DNA of 64,000 bases from the NCBI GenBank assembly GCA_963666315.2, contig CAXXHG010000036.1, positions 64,001-128,000 on the forward strand, read 5' to 3'. Of this stretch, positions 30,367-40,304 are shown piece by piece; position 1 is the first letter of the stretch; every line of letters begins with the position of its first letter. Origin of the DNA: Candidatus Binatia bacterium (GTDB lineage Bacteria; Desulfobacterota; Binatia; Bin18). Made by a program: the position numbers and the translations under genes. Under the pieces are notes generated by a model. The model made no database searches. It saw nothing but the letters and a program-made list of their open reading frames with translations, and was not told where the DNA came from.

Positions 30367-31383
30367 TTAATGCTGTAGGCTCGGCATTACTTCATGAGCA
30401 AATAGCTCCAGCGAACGCGTAGATTTTTTTGGATCCATCCCCGCCAGCTGCGTACTCATAATAAAATGCGTACACTGAAACTCCTTTTGGAAACGTTGCA
30501 TCTTTTCGGCAACTTGATGCGGCGTACCGATCATGACCGCCTCGCCAAAAGCTGAGTTGCGCAGTTCTTCAGGCTTCTTAAATGTCCATACATCTTTATC
30601 GCCCGGCGCATCGTTGGCCTCGGCAAGGATATGGCCGTAGAACTCCATCATGCTGAAGAGATGCTCCTGGCATTCCGCCCATGCCTGGTCTTCCGTGTCA
30701 GCAATATATACCAAACGCAACTGGGCAATATTGAATGCAGCAGGGTTACGGCCATATTTTTTGAGCTCATCAATATACCACGGGGCTGGATCAGGGCCGA
30801 CGGTCGCCATGAGATGGCAGCCCGTCTGCGCCACTTTGCGTGTCGCTTTTTCCGCACGAGCGCCTATCCATAGCGGCAGGGGCTGTTGAACCGGCTTAGG
30901 ACTTAGGGTGAGGTCTTTGACTTGCGTAAAACGTCCAGCAAATGTGACATTGTCCTCGGTCCAGACTTTCTGAATGAGCTCGACTCCCTCGCGCATCCGA
31001 GCTGAACGTTCTTTACGCGGCATACACAACGCGTCGAACTCCATATACGAATACCCTTGTCCTACGCCCAACTCGAACCGCCCATTGGACCAAATATCCA
31101 CACAGGCCGAATCTTCAGCAACCCGAATAGGATGTTGAAACGGTAGGAGCAAAATGAATGTCCCTATACGAATCTGACTGGTCCGCGTCGCAATCGCGGC
31201 TGCCGTCGGCAGGAGGGAGGGGTTGTATCCATCCTGTGTAAAATGGTGCTCGGTCAGCCAGACGTTGTCATAGCCGAGCTCTTCAGCCCGGATCGTTTGT
31301 TCCAGCAGTGTGTTATACAGCTCGGGGAACGGTCGCCGCCAGGGTTCAGGGTTTCGGAAATCCTGCATAAATCCAAATTTCAT
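30367..31383 (-). CDS. LLM-class oxidoreductase
   Basis: WLTEHH, HPIRVAED, GRFELGVGQGY and LFAHEVMP motifs; AAGGAGG RBS. Confidence 0.92.
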   Translation of the reverse strand: MKFGFMQDFRNPEPWRRPFPELYNTLLEQTIRAEELGYDNVWLTEHHFTQDGYNPSLLPTAAAIATRTSQIRIGTFILLLPFQHPIRVAEDSACVDIWSNGRFELGVGQGYSYMEFDALCMPRKERSARMREGVELIQKVWTEDNVTFAGRFTQVKDLTLSPKPVQQPLPLWIGARAEKATRKVAQTGCHLMATVGPDPAPWYIDELKKYGRNPAAFNIAQLRLVYIADTEDQAWAECQEHLFSMMEFYGHILAEANDAPGDKDVWTFKKPEELRNSAFGEAVMIGTPHQVAEKMQRFQKEFQCTHFIMSTQLAGMDPKKSTRSLELFAHEVMPSLQH

Positions 31384-31648
31384 ACAATCGCCCTCCTTAT
31401 TGTGAAAACCTGACTCGGTCGTCACAATTCGCTTTATCACGCCTTCACCCTGACACTCAAATCCCCCCAAAGCCCTCCAGAATCGCGCGCGTGCGCCTTG
31501 GACACGCACTCAGAAAATACTTCGGAACCGAAAACGACTACAAACCGCCCTGAAATGAGCCATATTGGCCCATAAATTAAGCTGATTTGGCCACTATAGG
31601 GCGCCGACCACGCCCGATATAAAGTATAATCGTTACTAAAGACAACCC

Positions 31649-32832
31649 ATGAAAAAACGCATTTCCATCGATCAGCTCCGGCCCGGCATGTTCATCGTGA
31701 AGACGGCCCAGTCATGGCTGAAGACACCCTTCTTGCGCAAGAAATTGCTCATTCAGGCTGAGAGCGATGTGACAGCGCTCAGAGAATCCGGGGTAAAAGC
31801 GGTGGTGATTGAATGACTGCGCGGAGACGACGCCGTTCAGTCCGATCCTCAGCCAGCGGCCGCCGATCTTTCAGCTCAGGTGCAAGCAGTGCCCCCTGAA
31901 GACTAGCCCACTCCCTCCCAAACGGGACAAGGTCTTGCTCAGGAAGAGAGCTCAAATACCTCAGTCGAAGTAGTCTTTACACAGGAGGAACAGTCTATAC
32001 TTGACGCGGCACTAGAGAATATGGCCTGCCATCAAGACCTCTTGAACGAAACGATCGCCTCGTTTCTCGCCGAGTATCCGAAGACCCTGGAACGCATACA
32101 GAGGGCGATGAAGGCAGGCGAGGGCGAAATCATAGAATACGAAGCCGCCTCGCTCAAGAATGCCACGGGCAATTCATGGGCCAAAGACGCATTCAACGCG
32201 GCACTCCAGGTCGAACAGTTCGGAAAAAATCAGAAGTTCGCCCGTATCCCCGAAAGCTGATTACGCTGACGAAGGACCTCGAACGATTCCACAAGATCCT
32301 CTTGCATATCCGTCCGGCCGGCCGCCGTCTTCAACGCCCTGCCACTCAAACGGAACAGAGCGCCCCACACGAGAACACGGCGATGAGCACTTGCGAGGTC
32401 CTCATCGCTGATGCAGGTCAGACCTCGCGGACCACGCTGCGTGAACTGCTGCGGCAGCAGGGTATTCAAAATATCAGAGAGGTCGAAGACGGGGTTGCCG
32501 TACTGAACGCCCTCCACGAGTCTCAGCCCCACTTGATCATCTCAGACTGGCATTTATCGGGCATACGCAGCATCGACCTGCTGCGCATTATACGCCAAGA
32601 TGACAAACTCAAAGCCATTCCCATGATGATGGTGACTGACACCGCAACGCGCGCTGAAGTCATCGAGGCCTACCAAGCCGGAGCGAATGGCTATCTGCTG
32701 AGGCCATTCAGCCCCCAGCTCTTAGCCGAACAACTCAAGAAAGTCCCGGCCTCCTACGAGGCGGCTTTTGCTGCCGGCTACGGCTGCTCCCTCGGCCCAT
32801 TCCGCTCAGACCCTTTACCTTACTTGTCCTGA
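31649..32832 (+). pseudogene. DUF3391 - Hpt - CheY-like receiver fusion, disrupted
   Basis: MKKRISIDQLRPGMFI..SWLKTPF (DUF3391); in-frame stops at 31814 and 31904; Hpt-like helices; frameshift near 32250; receiver motif LIISDW...MVT...GANGYLLRPF. Confidence 0.75.
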
Positions 32833-32916
32833 CTCAACAATTGAGAAAAGTCCTTCCTCGGCGTGCATTGACCCTCGCTGCGTAAGCGGCCGCCGTCTTC
32901 CCGCGCGCCTCCTTGG

Positions 32917-34219
32917 CTATATTTCTTCAACAATAGGCGGTCGCCGTTTGCCCACCTGAGTCGCCTGTTCAAAAGCATGGGCGAGTTGGAGCACGCCAAA
33001 ATCGTCTTGATGGCGACCAACAATCTGTACGCCAACGGGTAAGCCTTCGGGTGTAAAGCCACACGGCACAGCGATGGCGGGCAATCCCGTTACGCTGATG
33101 TAGTAACACGAGCGCATCCAGTCCACATACGTCTCCATTTGTACACCGTTAATCTCACGGACGTAGCGCTGTTTGACATCAAACGGCGGTACTTGAGAGA
33201 CCGGAAGAACCAGAAACTCGTACTGTTCCGTAAACTCGCGCACCCGGTGATAGAGGGCAGTCCGCTTCTTTTCGGCTCGTCCGATCTGCGGACCTGTCAG
33301 CTGGGCTCCTTCTTCAATATTCCAGATGACTGTATCTTTCATGTGGTCCCGATGTTCGGGCAGCAACTCGCCCAAAGCCAGCTCAAAATACCACGCCCGC
33401 CACACACGAAAGACCTCATCCGCATCTCGGAAGTCCGGCGTTGCTTCTTCCAGCACACAGCCCAGGTCTTCAAATATAGACCGCTTACTGTGCAGTACCG
33501 CTGTCACACGCGCATCTATCGGCAGGCCATCTAGCGTCGGACTCCACGCGATGGGAGTGCCAGCGAAAGACCGCTCCAGCGGTTGTAAAAACTGCGCGGC
33601 CGACTCACTGTTGGCAATCGGCACGCGCGGATCAGGTCCGGCCATGACACTGAGCAGCAAAGCTACGTCTTGCACCGTACGGGCCATAGGGCCTTCGACC
33701 GTAAGCGGGAACCAGGCCACGCGATGCGGACACAGCGGCCCCGCCACTGCTGCCGCCACACGTTGTCGTCAGATCGTACGGATTCAGCGTTTCGCCAAAT
33801 ACTTCGTTATAGGTTTGCGAGCCGGCGCCAAACTCGGGCGTATTGGTTTTTCCTATAACAATCGCTCCAGCCCCACGCAGACGCTCGACAATAATCTCGT
33901 CTTGGTCAGGAATAAAATTAGCGAAAATTGGTGAGCCGAGTGTAGTCCGGATTCCCTTGGTGAGCACCAAGTCTTTGTGGGCGATCGGCAGGCCATGCAA
34001 CGGGCCCACCGCCCCTCCCCGCGCCAGTGTCTCATCCGCGTCTTGCGCGTGCGCCCGCCCTCGGTCTGCAAGCAGCGTGACAATGGCATTCAGCTGGGGA
34101 TTGAGGCGATCAATCTGCGCTAAGTGCGCCGCCATCACCTCGCGACACGAGACCTCTTTATTACGAATGCGTCGAGCTAGTTCTGTTGCGGTCAGAAAGC
34201 AGAGTTCAGTTGAGGACAT
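32917..34219 (-). pseudogene. Amidase-signature family enzyme with an internal deletion at ~33730
   Basis: KD, GKTNTPEF and GGSSGGAAV join out of frame to PHRVAW..VEGPMART; the GSDxGGSxR block is absent. Confidence 0.85.
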
Positions 34220-34372
34220 AGCCACCCCCTTGCTCGGCAGGCTAGTAGAATGTGTCATACCCGCGAACGCAGGCAGGTGAAAGGCATCTCTTCTCGCCCT
34301 CTTGGGCTCATCACACAACAGTTTTGGGCGGGGGAATTATCGTACGGAGAATGCAGTCTAACTTATTTGATC

Positions 34373-34705
34373 CTACTGATCCTGCTTATGCTGCGACCCT
34401 ACAATATACCCACCGTCTTTTTGCAGGATGGCCCGGGCCACGTCTTTCGCATCCACCCCATACGTGCCGTCTTCAATCTGTTCTCTGATCGCTCTCACCG
34501 TCTCGGCACGCTGCGTTTGCGTACTCTGGGTGACAGCTGCGGCGTGTTGGCGCCCAGCGGATGAAATACTTACGCGCGTGGCATCATCGGGTTGTCCAGA
34601 TTGCTCAGTCTGCCGAGATTTGTGCTCATTCGTCGCAGCCGGATTGTTGGTTCGGCTCAGTCGATCCGCATTGATATCGGCCGGACCACTATCGGTTATT
34701 TTCAT
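34373..34705 (-). CDS. flgM: Anti-sigma28 factor FlgM
   Basis: MKI start, low-complexity N-terminus, VSIS...RAETVRAIREQIEDGTYGVDAKDVARAIL. Confidence 0.8.
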   Translation of the reverse strand: MKITDSGPADINADRLSRTNNPAATNEHKSRQTEQSGQPDDATRVSISSAGRQHAAAVTQSTQTQRAETVRAIREQIEDGTYGVDAKDVARAILQKDGGYIVGSQHKQDQ

Positions 34706-34971
34706 ATCCTCTCCTTGTTGCAGAGGCCCCCGCTGCCCTCAGGATATCCCCACTCCTATACGAGAGCGCGCCTTACGTCTTTGTCACGTCTTGAATATAG
34801 ATTTTCCTCCCATCTTTACCAGTATGCAACCCGCATTGTTCAAAGAAAATACCCTTACACAGGCTGCACGTACTTCCCCTCTCACTGTGACTGGGGCAGA
34901 TACTCGCGTCACGTATCGTCACTCATTAACCCTCAAAAAAAGCCTGGACTAAACCCGTTTCATTCCCTCTT

Positions 34972-35301
34972 CTACCATTTCCACTTCTTTTCTCCTGCGA
35001 TTGCCCTGTCCATCTCATCGTCAATGATCGTAGGTAATATTGCCCCCTCACTATCGGGCCCGCGCCCACAGTGCGGACACGGCTCACCCACCGCTACACC
35101 CCTGTCCCTGCCGAATGCCGAACTCAACTCATTCACTCCACGCTGCACCGCCGCAATGACCGCAGACAAACCAAAACTCAGCGTCATAATAACGAGGGCC
35201 ATACCGGCTTCAATCTCATAAATTGCGTTACGCCCACCGGCCAAGACCGCCGCAGCAAAGACTAAACTCAACATCCCCCAGATCCTGAGCAATGACGCCA
35301 C
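34972..35301 (-). CDS. Hypothetical 2-TM protein with CPHC knuckle
   Basis: GGAGG RBS, two hydrophobic segments. Confidence 0.55.
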   Translation of the reverse strand: MASLLRIWGMLSLVFAAAVLAGGRNAIYEIEAGMALVIMTLSFGLSAVIAAVQRGVNELSSAFGRDRGVAVGEPCPHCGRGPDSEGAILPTIIDDEMDRAIAGEKKWKW

Positions 35302-35473
35302 ATGAACGCCTCCTACACTGGGTTAGAGACGTCACTGCCTACCATGTTTTGCGCCATTTGCATATGAAAAGTAGACACCCAAACTCAATAAAGGCGGGGT
35401 TGAGGCGATCCGGCCCCAGGCCACCACAACGACAATCCGCGGCCAATGCCTGCCCATGCATTCCAAAAATCGT

Positions 35474-35794
35474 TCATATTTTGAAACCTCCGTTCAGCGT
35501 GGCTTTGCTTCGGTCGATAAGGTTTGCATCAGTATCGCGATGGTAGAGAGGTTCGAGTTCTTCTAGATATTCGAGACGAGCATTTACGCTCTGCATCCGG
35601 ATATCGAGACGCAAAATTTGTTCACCGAGGCTCTGTAAAACATCGGTCATAGTCAGAATTGAGTGTTTTACGAGATGGTCGTGCTCCTGGGCGTCATGCC
35701 CGCGTCGATGAGTATTCTCTGTATCCTCAGGTCCCTCTTCCTGCACAATTTCTATTTCCCCTTCTGTTAGGTCGTGTTGTATTTTCTTAATCAT
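35474..35794 (-). CDS. Hypothetical coiled-coil protein (the ORF is open back to 36151)
   Basis: AGGGAG RBS before MIKKIQH; heptad pattern. Confidence 0.45.
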   Translation of the reverse strand: MIKKIQHDLTEGEIEIVQEEGPEDTENTHRRGHDAQEHDHLVKHSILTMTDVLQSLGEQILRLDIRMQSVNARLEYLEELEPLYHRDTDANLIDRSKATLNGGFKI

Positions 35795-36535
35795 GCATGT
35801 CTCCCTGCGCACTTCAGAACCTGCCCTACTTAAAAGTAGGTAGAGTCCTGCGATTGCTCGTGCGGGATCTGAACCGTGCAATGCAGAGAGCGTTTCAGCC
35901 GACTGCTGCCTACTGATTAGGAGGGGGATATCGACCTGATCAACACTACCGGTGGGGCTAAGGTCGTCGTTGTTGTTTGCGGTTGGTGGGATGTCTTTGT
36001 GGAACAGATCTTTCTTGAGGGTCAAATCATTGAGATCAATCCGGACTAAGCCCTGCCAGACCAAATCCTGCCAGACTAAGTCCCATGGACTCGTCCTCGA
36101 GAGTTTCGATTCGAAAAATACAGGAATAATGGAGGCCGATGGGGCGACCATGCACGACGCCTTTCTTTCCGCTCCCGCTTATCACGTGCCATCTTCCACA
36201 CTCCACAAGACAAGACTAGGGCAAAGGGTGAATCGTTGTCAAGAATAATTAGATAATGTAACCTATTGATTTCATGTAATTATTTATGTCTGGGGCTAGC
36301 AGACGAGAAGAAACCCATATTCGATTGCGGACTTGACCGAACGGTTCATCCCCTCTATGCCATGGGCCGGTAGCGGAAGAGGTGGAGCTGGTGGCCCCGA
36401 TCCCCGGTCAGAAGTATGACGTGGTCTGGATGGCGTACAACAAGAACAACGCGGTTGACGACCAAGACGACTACCGAGATGGAGCCGCCACGATATCGGG
36501 AAATCAGACCGCGCCACGTGAAACCGCACCCACCC

Positions 36536-36817
36536 ATGATTGGGAAAGTGCAACTGCAGGATACCCTTGGAGACCAGTATCCCGCCATCTTCAGCGCAGC
36601 AGAAGAGTTGGCGGAATTAATTGCGGCTGAGATTGTGTCCCGCAAAGACGAAGCAGGCGGGCTCACACAGCTCCAGTTTGAATGGGATGAGGGCATTGTC
36701 TCGGCAAACGGGGCGTATGTCGATGATAGAGGCAAACGTGTCGGCAATGCCCAGACGGATAAGCGCACCTCCCCACCCCCTGAAATCCCTGATCCAGAGG
36801 CAGATCCGTCGAGGTAG
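36536..36817 (+). CDS. Hypothetical protein upstream of the methyltransferase
   Basis: Protein-like composition; ends 7 nt before the MTase ATG. Confidence 0.4.
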   Translation: MIGKVQLQDTLGDQYPAIFSAAEELAELIAAEIVSRKDEAGGLTQLQFEWDEGIVSANGAYVDDRGKRVGNAQTDKRTSPPPEIPDPEADPSR

Positions 36818-36824
36818 GCAGCCG

Positions 36825-37589
36825 ATGCCGCAATGTACCCCGACCTGGCAGAGTCCGAACCAGCGTGTTCAGCTCTACTTGTCCGAGAGTCTCTCCGTCC
36901 TCTGCCAGCTGCCCACGGCCAGCGTGGACGCCCTTGTCGCCGATCCGCCCTATTCTTCAGGCGGGCGAACTGCAGGCGAGCGCCCAGCGCCGCCGAGTAG
37001 AAAGTATGTGACTGGCGGCCAAAAACTCCACCGGCCCGACTACCGCGGTGATGGACGTGACCAGCGCTCCTGGGGCTATTGGGTGGCGTTGTGGCTCAGC
37101 CAGGGCCTACGGCTGGTCACCGAGTCCGGCTACTGCCTCATCTTCTCCGATTGGCGTCAGCTCCCACGAGCCATCGATGCCCTGCAAGCCGGCGGCTTCA
37201 TTTGGCGGGGCCTTGTGGCGTGGGACAAAACCGGGGCTGCCAGATCACCCCACACCGGCTATTTTCGGCATCAATTCGAATACGTGCTATGGGGTACGAA
37301 GGGCAAGTGTCTCAAAGCCCCAGGCCGAGGCCCCTGGCCGGGCTGCTACCGTGAGTCAGTCCGTCAGTCCGACAAGCACCATCTCACCGGCGAGCCCACC
37401 CAGCTCATGCGCGATCTGATCCAATGCGTCCCACCCGACGGACTCATCCTCGACCCCTTCATGGGCAGCGGCACCACAGGCGTAGCCGCCCTCCACGAAG
37501 GCCGCCGCTTCATCAGCATCGAACAAGATTCCACCTATTTTGAGGTGGCCAAGAGCAGGATTGAAGAATCGCTGCGATCCACATCTTGA
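36825..37589 (+). CDS. Orphan beta-class N6-A/N4-C DNA methyltransferase (phage/MGE type)
   Basis: DPPYSSGG (motif IV) precedes LDPFMGSGTTG (motif I); also WDK and EYVLW. Confidence 0.9.
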   Translation: MPQCTPTWQSPNQRVQLYLSESLSVLCQLPTASVDALVADPPYSSGGRTAGERPAPPSRKYVTGGQKLHRPDYRGDGRDQRSWGYWVALWLSQGLRLVTESGYCLIFSDWRQLPRAIDALQAGGFIWRGLVAWDKTGAARSPHTGYFRHQFEYVLWGTKGKCLKAPGRGPWPGCYRESVRQSDKHHLTGEPTQLMRDLIQCVPPDGLILDPFMGSGTTGVAALHEGRRFISIEQDSTYFEVAKSRIEESLRSTS

Positions 37590-37645
37590 CCTTCCCTCCC
37601 CCGTTCGCCTAGAACCTCCGTATGGCGGACAATAACCTCGACTCA

Positions 37646-37687
37646 AGTATTCATCTCTTTTCGCCATTCTATTCACCTGCAGCAACA
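37646..37687 (+). repeat. Partial third copy of the 39468-39676 repeat unit
   Basis: TTTTCGCCATTCTATTCACCTGCAGCAACA versus TTTTCGCCGTTCTATTCACCTGCGGCAACA. Confidence 0.75.
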
Positions 37688-37855
37688 GACAGCGAGCCTC
37701 AATAAGTGTTTGGTGCAGCCTACGGCTGTGACTAGCAACGGAAATAAAGTCAGCGCACGATCCCCTGAGCGGACGTTTCATCTGGAGCCGCGCGGCGGCC
37801 CCCCGCCCCGTGCAATGCATCCGTCTGCCCGGTTGACAACGGAGGCCTGATAAGG

Positions 37856-39156
37856 GTTAGGCGATGTACTGTTGGAAAACTGACTCTGACGCCGATTTCA
37901 TCAGGCTTAGCTCTTCACCGTTTCAGTCGCGAACTACTCTGAGTGTTCAGAATGTGCTTCAACAAGGTATCGTTCGATTAACAAGTCAGCCATGACCATA
38001 GCGAACTGATTCGAAAAACCCGCAGAATAGTGCACTGTGTCGACGTACAAAGATCTCTTCTCATTCTTCTGGATATCTGCACACCACAAAAAGTTGTCGC
38101 CCAGTGGATTTTCCTCAATGATGTCAGCCATGCGCTCATAACCATACTGCGAGTAGCTGGCTCGACCGTACCCGCCTTCCGAGAAGGGATGGTACTGTTG
38201 ATCATAATCATACATTGGGACTGGCTGCCAAACGAATATAGGTTTTACACCAAAAGGCTTAGAAACAGCTTCGATCAATTTCTTGTTCACTAAGTATCTT
38301 TTGATCGCTAAGTCGATCACTTTCGGGTCACTGTAGATGTTAGGCTCTGCGTTCTCTTTTAGCTGCTCGCTGTGCCGCCCTTCTCGAAGCCACTTCGGGA
38401 GCCGACGTCTAAATCCTTCCGTGGCGCGAACAAGAGATGTTCGTGAAATAAAACCCCTATCTTTGTTACTGGCTGTTCCGTTGGCTACGAATTCACGAAA
38501 CCGGGATGTAAACATTGGTTGGTCGTAATAAAAATCGTTGAGACCATCGATAAAAATGGCCATGTCTGGAACAAATCCAGAGGCAAGAAGTTCCTCATAA
38601 AGAATACGTTCCTGAGTTGAGTAGTAGCTCCCTCGACCAAAGTTGTAGACGCGCACGTCTCGGCCCAACCTTGTCGTCAGATACTCCTGTAGATACGAGG
38701 CGACCGTTTCGTGGTCCGGGACGCCATATCCGAAAGTAGTTGAACCTCCAAACAAAAAGATGTTCAGGCTTCTCGATTCAGGTGGCCAAGGGCCTTGGTT
38801 CTTCGTGATTCGGAACCCGCTACTGTCTACATTGACGTAGAGTCCACGAGATGGACGCTCCCGGAACTGGGTAAATGGCTCGTAGATGTAAGTGCGAGAC
38901 CACGTCTCCTTGAGGAGACCATCTATTTCGGGTTCGCTTAATCCTGGATATACGGCGCTGATAGTCGAATGGCCATACTTTGTCCAGATAGCGTTCCAAG
39001 ATAAGTAGTCCTTTACAACAAATGCCGCATAGAGGATTGCATTCAAGAGCAGGAGGGCTACCAGAGTATTCAGCAAGGCCAGGGCGGAAAGGCGGTAGCC
39101 ATACGACAGTTTCTGTAGGAATCTGTTTGCCTTTTTCGTCATTTTGTGGGCCTAAC
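37856..39156 (-). mobile_element. Candidate integron-type gene cassette (degenerate attC)
   Basis: On the minus strand, GTTAGGC (39156-39150) lies 7 nt before the ATG and its exact complement GCCTAAC (37862-37856) follows the stop. Confidence 0.5.
37934..39142 (-). CDS. Membrane-anchored SGNH/GDSL hydrolase-like protein
   Basis: N-terminal TM; FGGSTTFG (block I), NFG, DGLND (block III) and DTVHY (block V). Confidence 0.85.
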   Translation of the reverse strand: MTKKANRFLQKLSYGYRLSALALLNTLVALLLLNAILYAAFVVKDYLSWNAIWTKYGHSTISAVYPGLSEPEIDGLLKETWSRTYIYEPFTQFRERPSRGLYVNVDSSGFRITKNQGPWPPESRSLNIFLFGGSTTFGYGVPDHETVASYLQEYLTTRLGRDVRVYNFGRGSYYSTQERILYEELLASGFVPDMAIFIDGLNDFYYDQPMFTSRFREFVANGTASNKDRGFISRTSLVRATEGFRRRLPKWLREGRHSEQLKENAEPNIYSDPKVIDLAIKRYLVNKKLIEAVSKPFGVKPIFVWQPVPMYDYDQQYHPFSEGGYGRASYSQYGYERMADIIEENPLGDNFLWCADIQKNEKRSLYVDTVHYSAGFSNQFAMVMADLLIERYLVEAHSEHSE

Positions 39157-39467
39157 TATGGTGCAATCGAAACTTTTTCTACCCCAAATGCCTACAGCGG
39201 GAGACTTTTTTTGCTGATCCTCCTGCAAAGGGGTTTATCAGGAAATTTTATCTACCAGAGAAACGTAACGTAAGCCAGCCTCTTTCGAATGTAAAGCGTC
39301 GGGTTTTCTTTTGGATTTTCCTCCGCGCCTTTGGCGCCCAACTCTAATTATACAGAGAGCCCACGTGCGGGATCCGCTGTCGAAATTGATTTGAACCTCG
39401 CCATCTAAGCGAGAATGGCGAGCAAAAAAACCCCAATAACCCTGCCACAACGCCCCAAATCCCGCCC

Positions 39468-39676
39468 CAAAATTCCGACTTTCAAACACCAGCCTACTGA
39501 GTAAAAAAATTAAACGGCAAAAGTTATCACCTACAAAGTGCAAATTGTTCATCTGCGGCAACACAGGCAGTTTTCAGCCCACAAAATTTCGACTTTCAAA
39601 CACCAGACTACCAGTAGAAAAATTTATCGGCAAAATTATCACCTTTTTTCGCCGTTCTATTCACCTGCGGCAACAC
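39468..39676 (+). repeat. Two tandem degenerate AT-rich repeats, period ~114 bp
   Basis: CAAAATT.CGACTTTCAAACACCAG.CTAC...CGGCAAAA.TTATCACCT...TTCA.CTGCGGCAACAC at 39468 and 39582. Confidence 0.85.
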
Positions 39677-39702
39677 TGCGCCAAAATTTTTCCAAAAATA
39701 AC

Positions 39703-39740
39703 TTGACAATGTAACTTAACGTTGTTATTTAACAGTGTAA
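39703..39740 (+). promoter_or_regulatory. Sigma70 promoter overlapped by tandem TAAC-N3-GTTA operators (probably TetR)
   Basis: TTGACA-N17-TATTTA; operators TAACGTTGTTA and TAACAGTGTAA. Confidence 0.6.
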
Positions 39741-39767
39741 CACAATAATCAAAGCGAGGATCACCCC

Positions 39768-40304
39768 ATGGCGCAGATCATCCCCCAACGCACGACTGCA
39801 GAAATTGATGGACCGTTTGTCGTGTTTCTGATTGGCATGCGCATCAATAAATTCTGGAAGGTCAATAAATGGCGGCCGGTCTTTCAAGCCATCCCCGCCA
39901 TGCTGGATGAACTGGCAACCAATCCAGACTCCGGCTTGCTCGGATTCCGCCATCAGCCAGGCTTCCCCAATTTTTCGGTCGTGCAGTATTGGCGCTCGTT
40001 TGAACATCTGCACGCGTGTGCGCGTGACCGCAGCGGGAAGCACTACCCTGCGTGGGCGGCATTCAACCGGAAAGTCGGCACGAACGGCGACGTGGGCATT
40101 TGCCATGAAACCTATTGTGTCGCGGACGGACAGTATGAAGCCGTTTACGGCAATATGCCTGCGTATGGATTGGGCTTGGCGGGGAAACTCATTTCGGCAG
40201 CCGGGCGGAAGAATACGGCCAAGGGACGGCTGAAGCAGAGCCAGGGTGAGGATGCACCGATTGATACGGCTGGGGTTGAGAAAGTGGAAGAGGCAGCGGC
40301 GTGA
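39768..40304 (+). CDS. DUF4188 / Af470-like monooxygenase-family protein
   Basis: FVVFLIGMRINK, VQYWRSFEHL, H.PAW..FN and GI.HETY motifs. Confidence 0.85.
   Translation: MAQIIPQRTTAEIDGPFVVFLIGMRINKFWKVNKWRPVFQAIPAMLDELATNPDSGLLGFRHQPGFPNFSVVQYWRSFEHLHACARDRSGKHYPAWAAFNRKVGTNGDVGICHETYCVADGQYEAVYGNMPAYGLGLAGKLISAAGRKNTAKGRLKQSQGEDAPIDTAGVEKVEEAAA

Noticed and set aside
31591-31621. Sigma28 promoter before the DUF3391 gene
   Set aside because: The CCGATAT -10 is suggestive, but the -35 match and spacing are off by a base; too weak to call
26058-39676. CRISPR interpretation of the 10-bp array or the 114-bp repeats
   Set aside because: No identical repeats with unique spacers of regular length, and no cas genes
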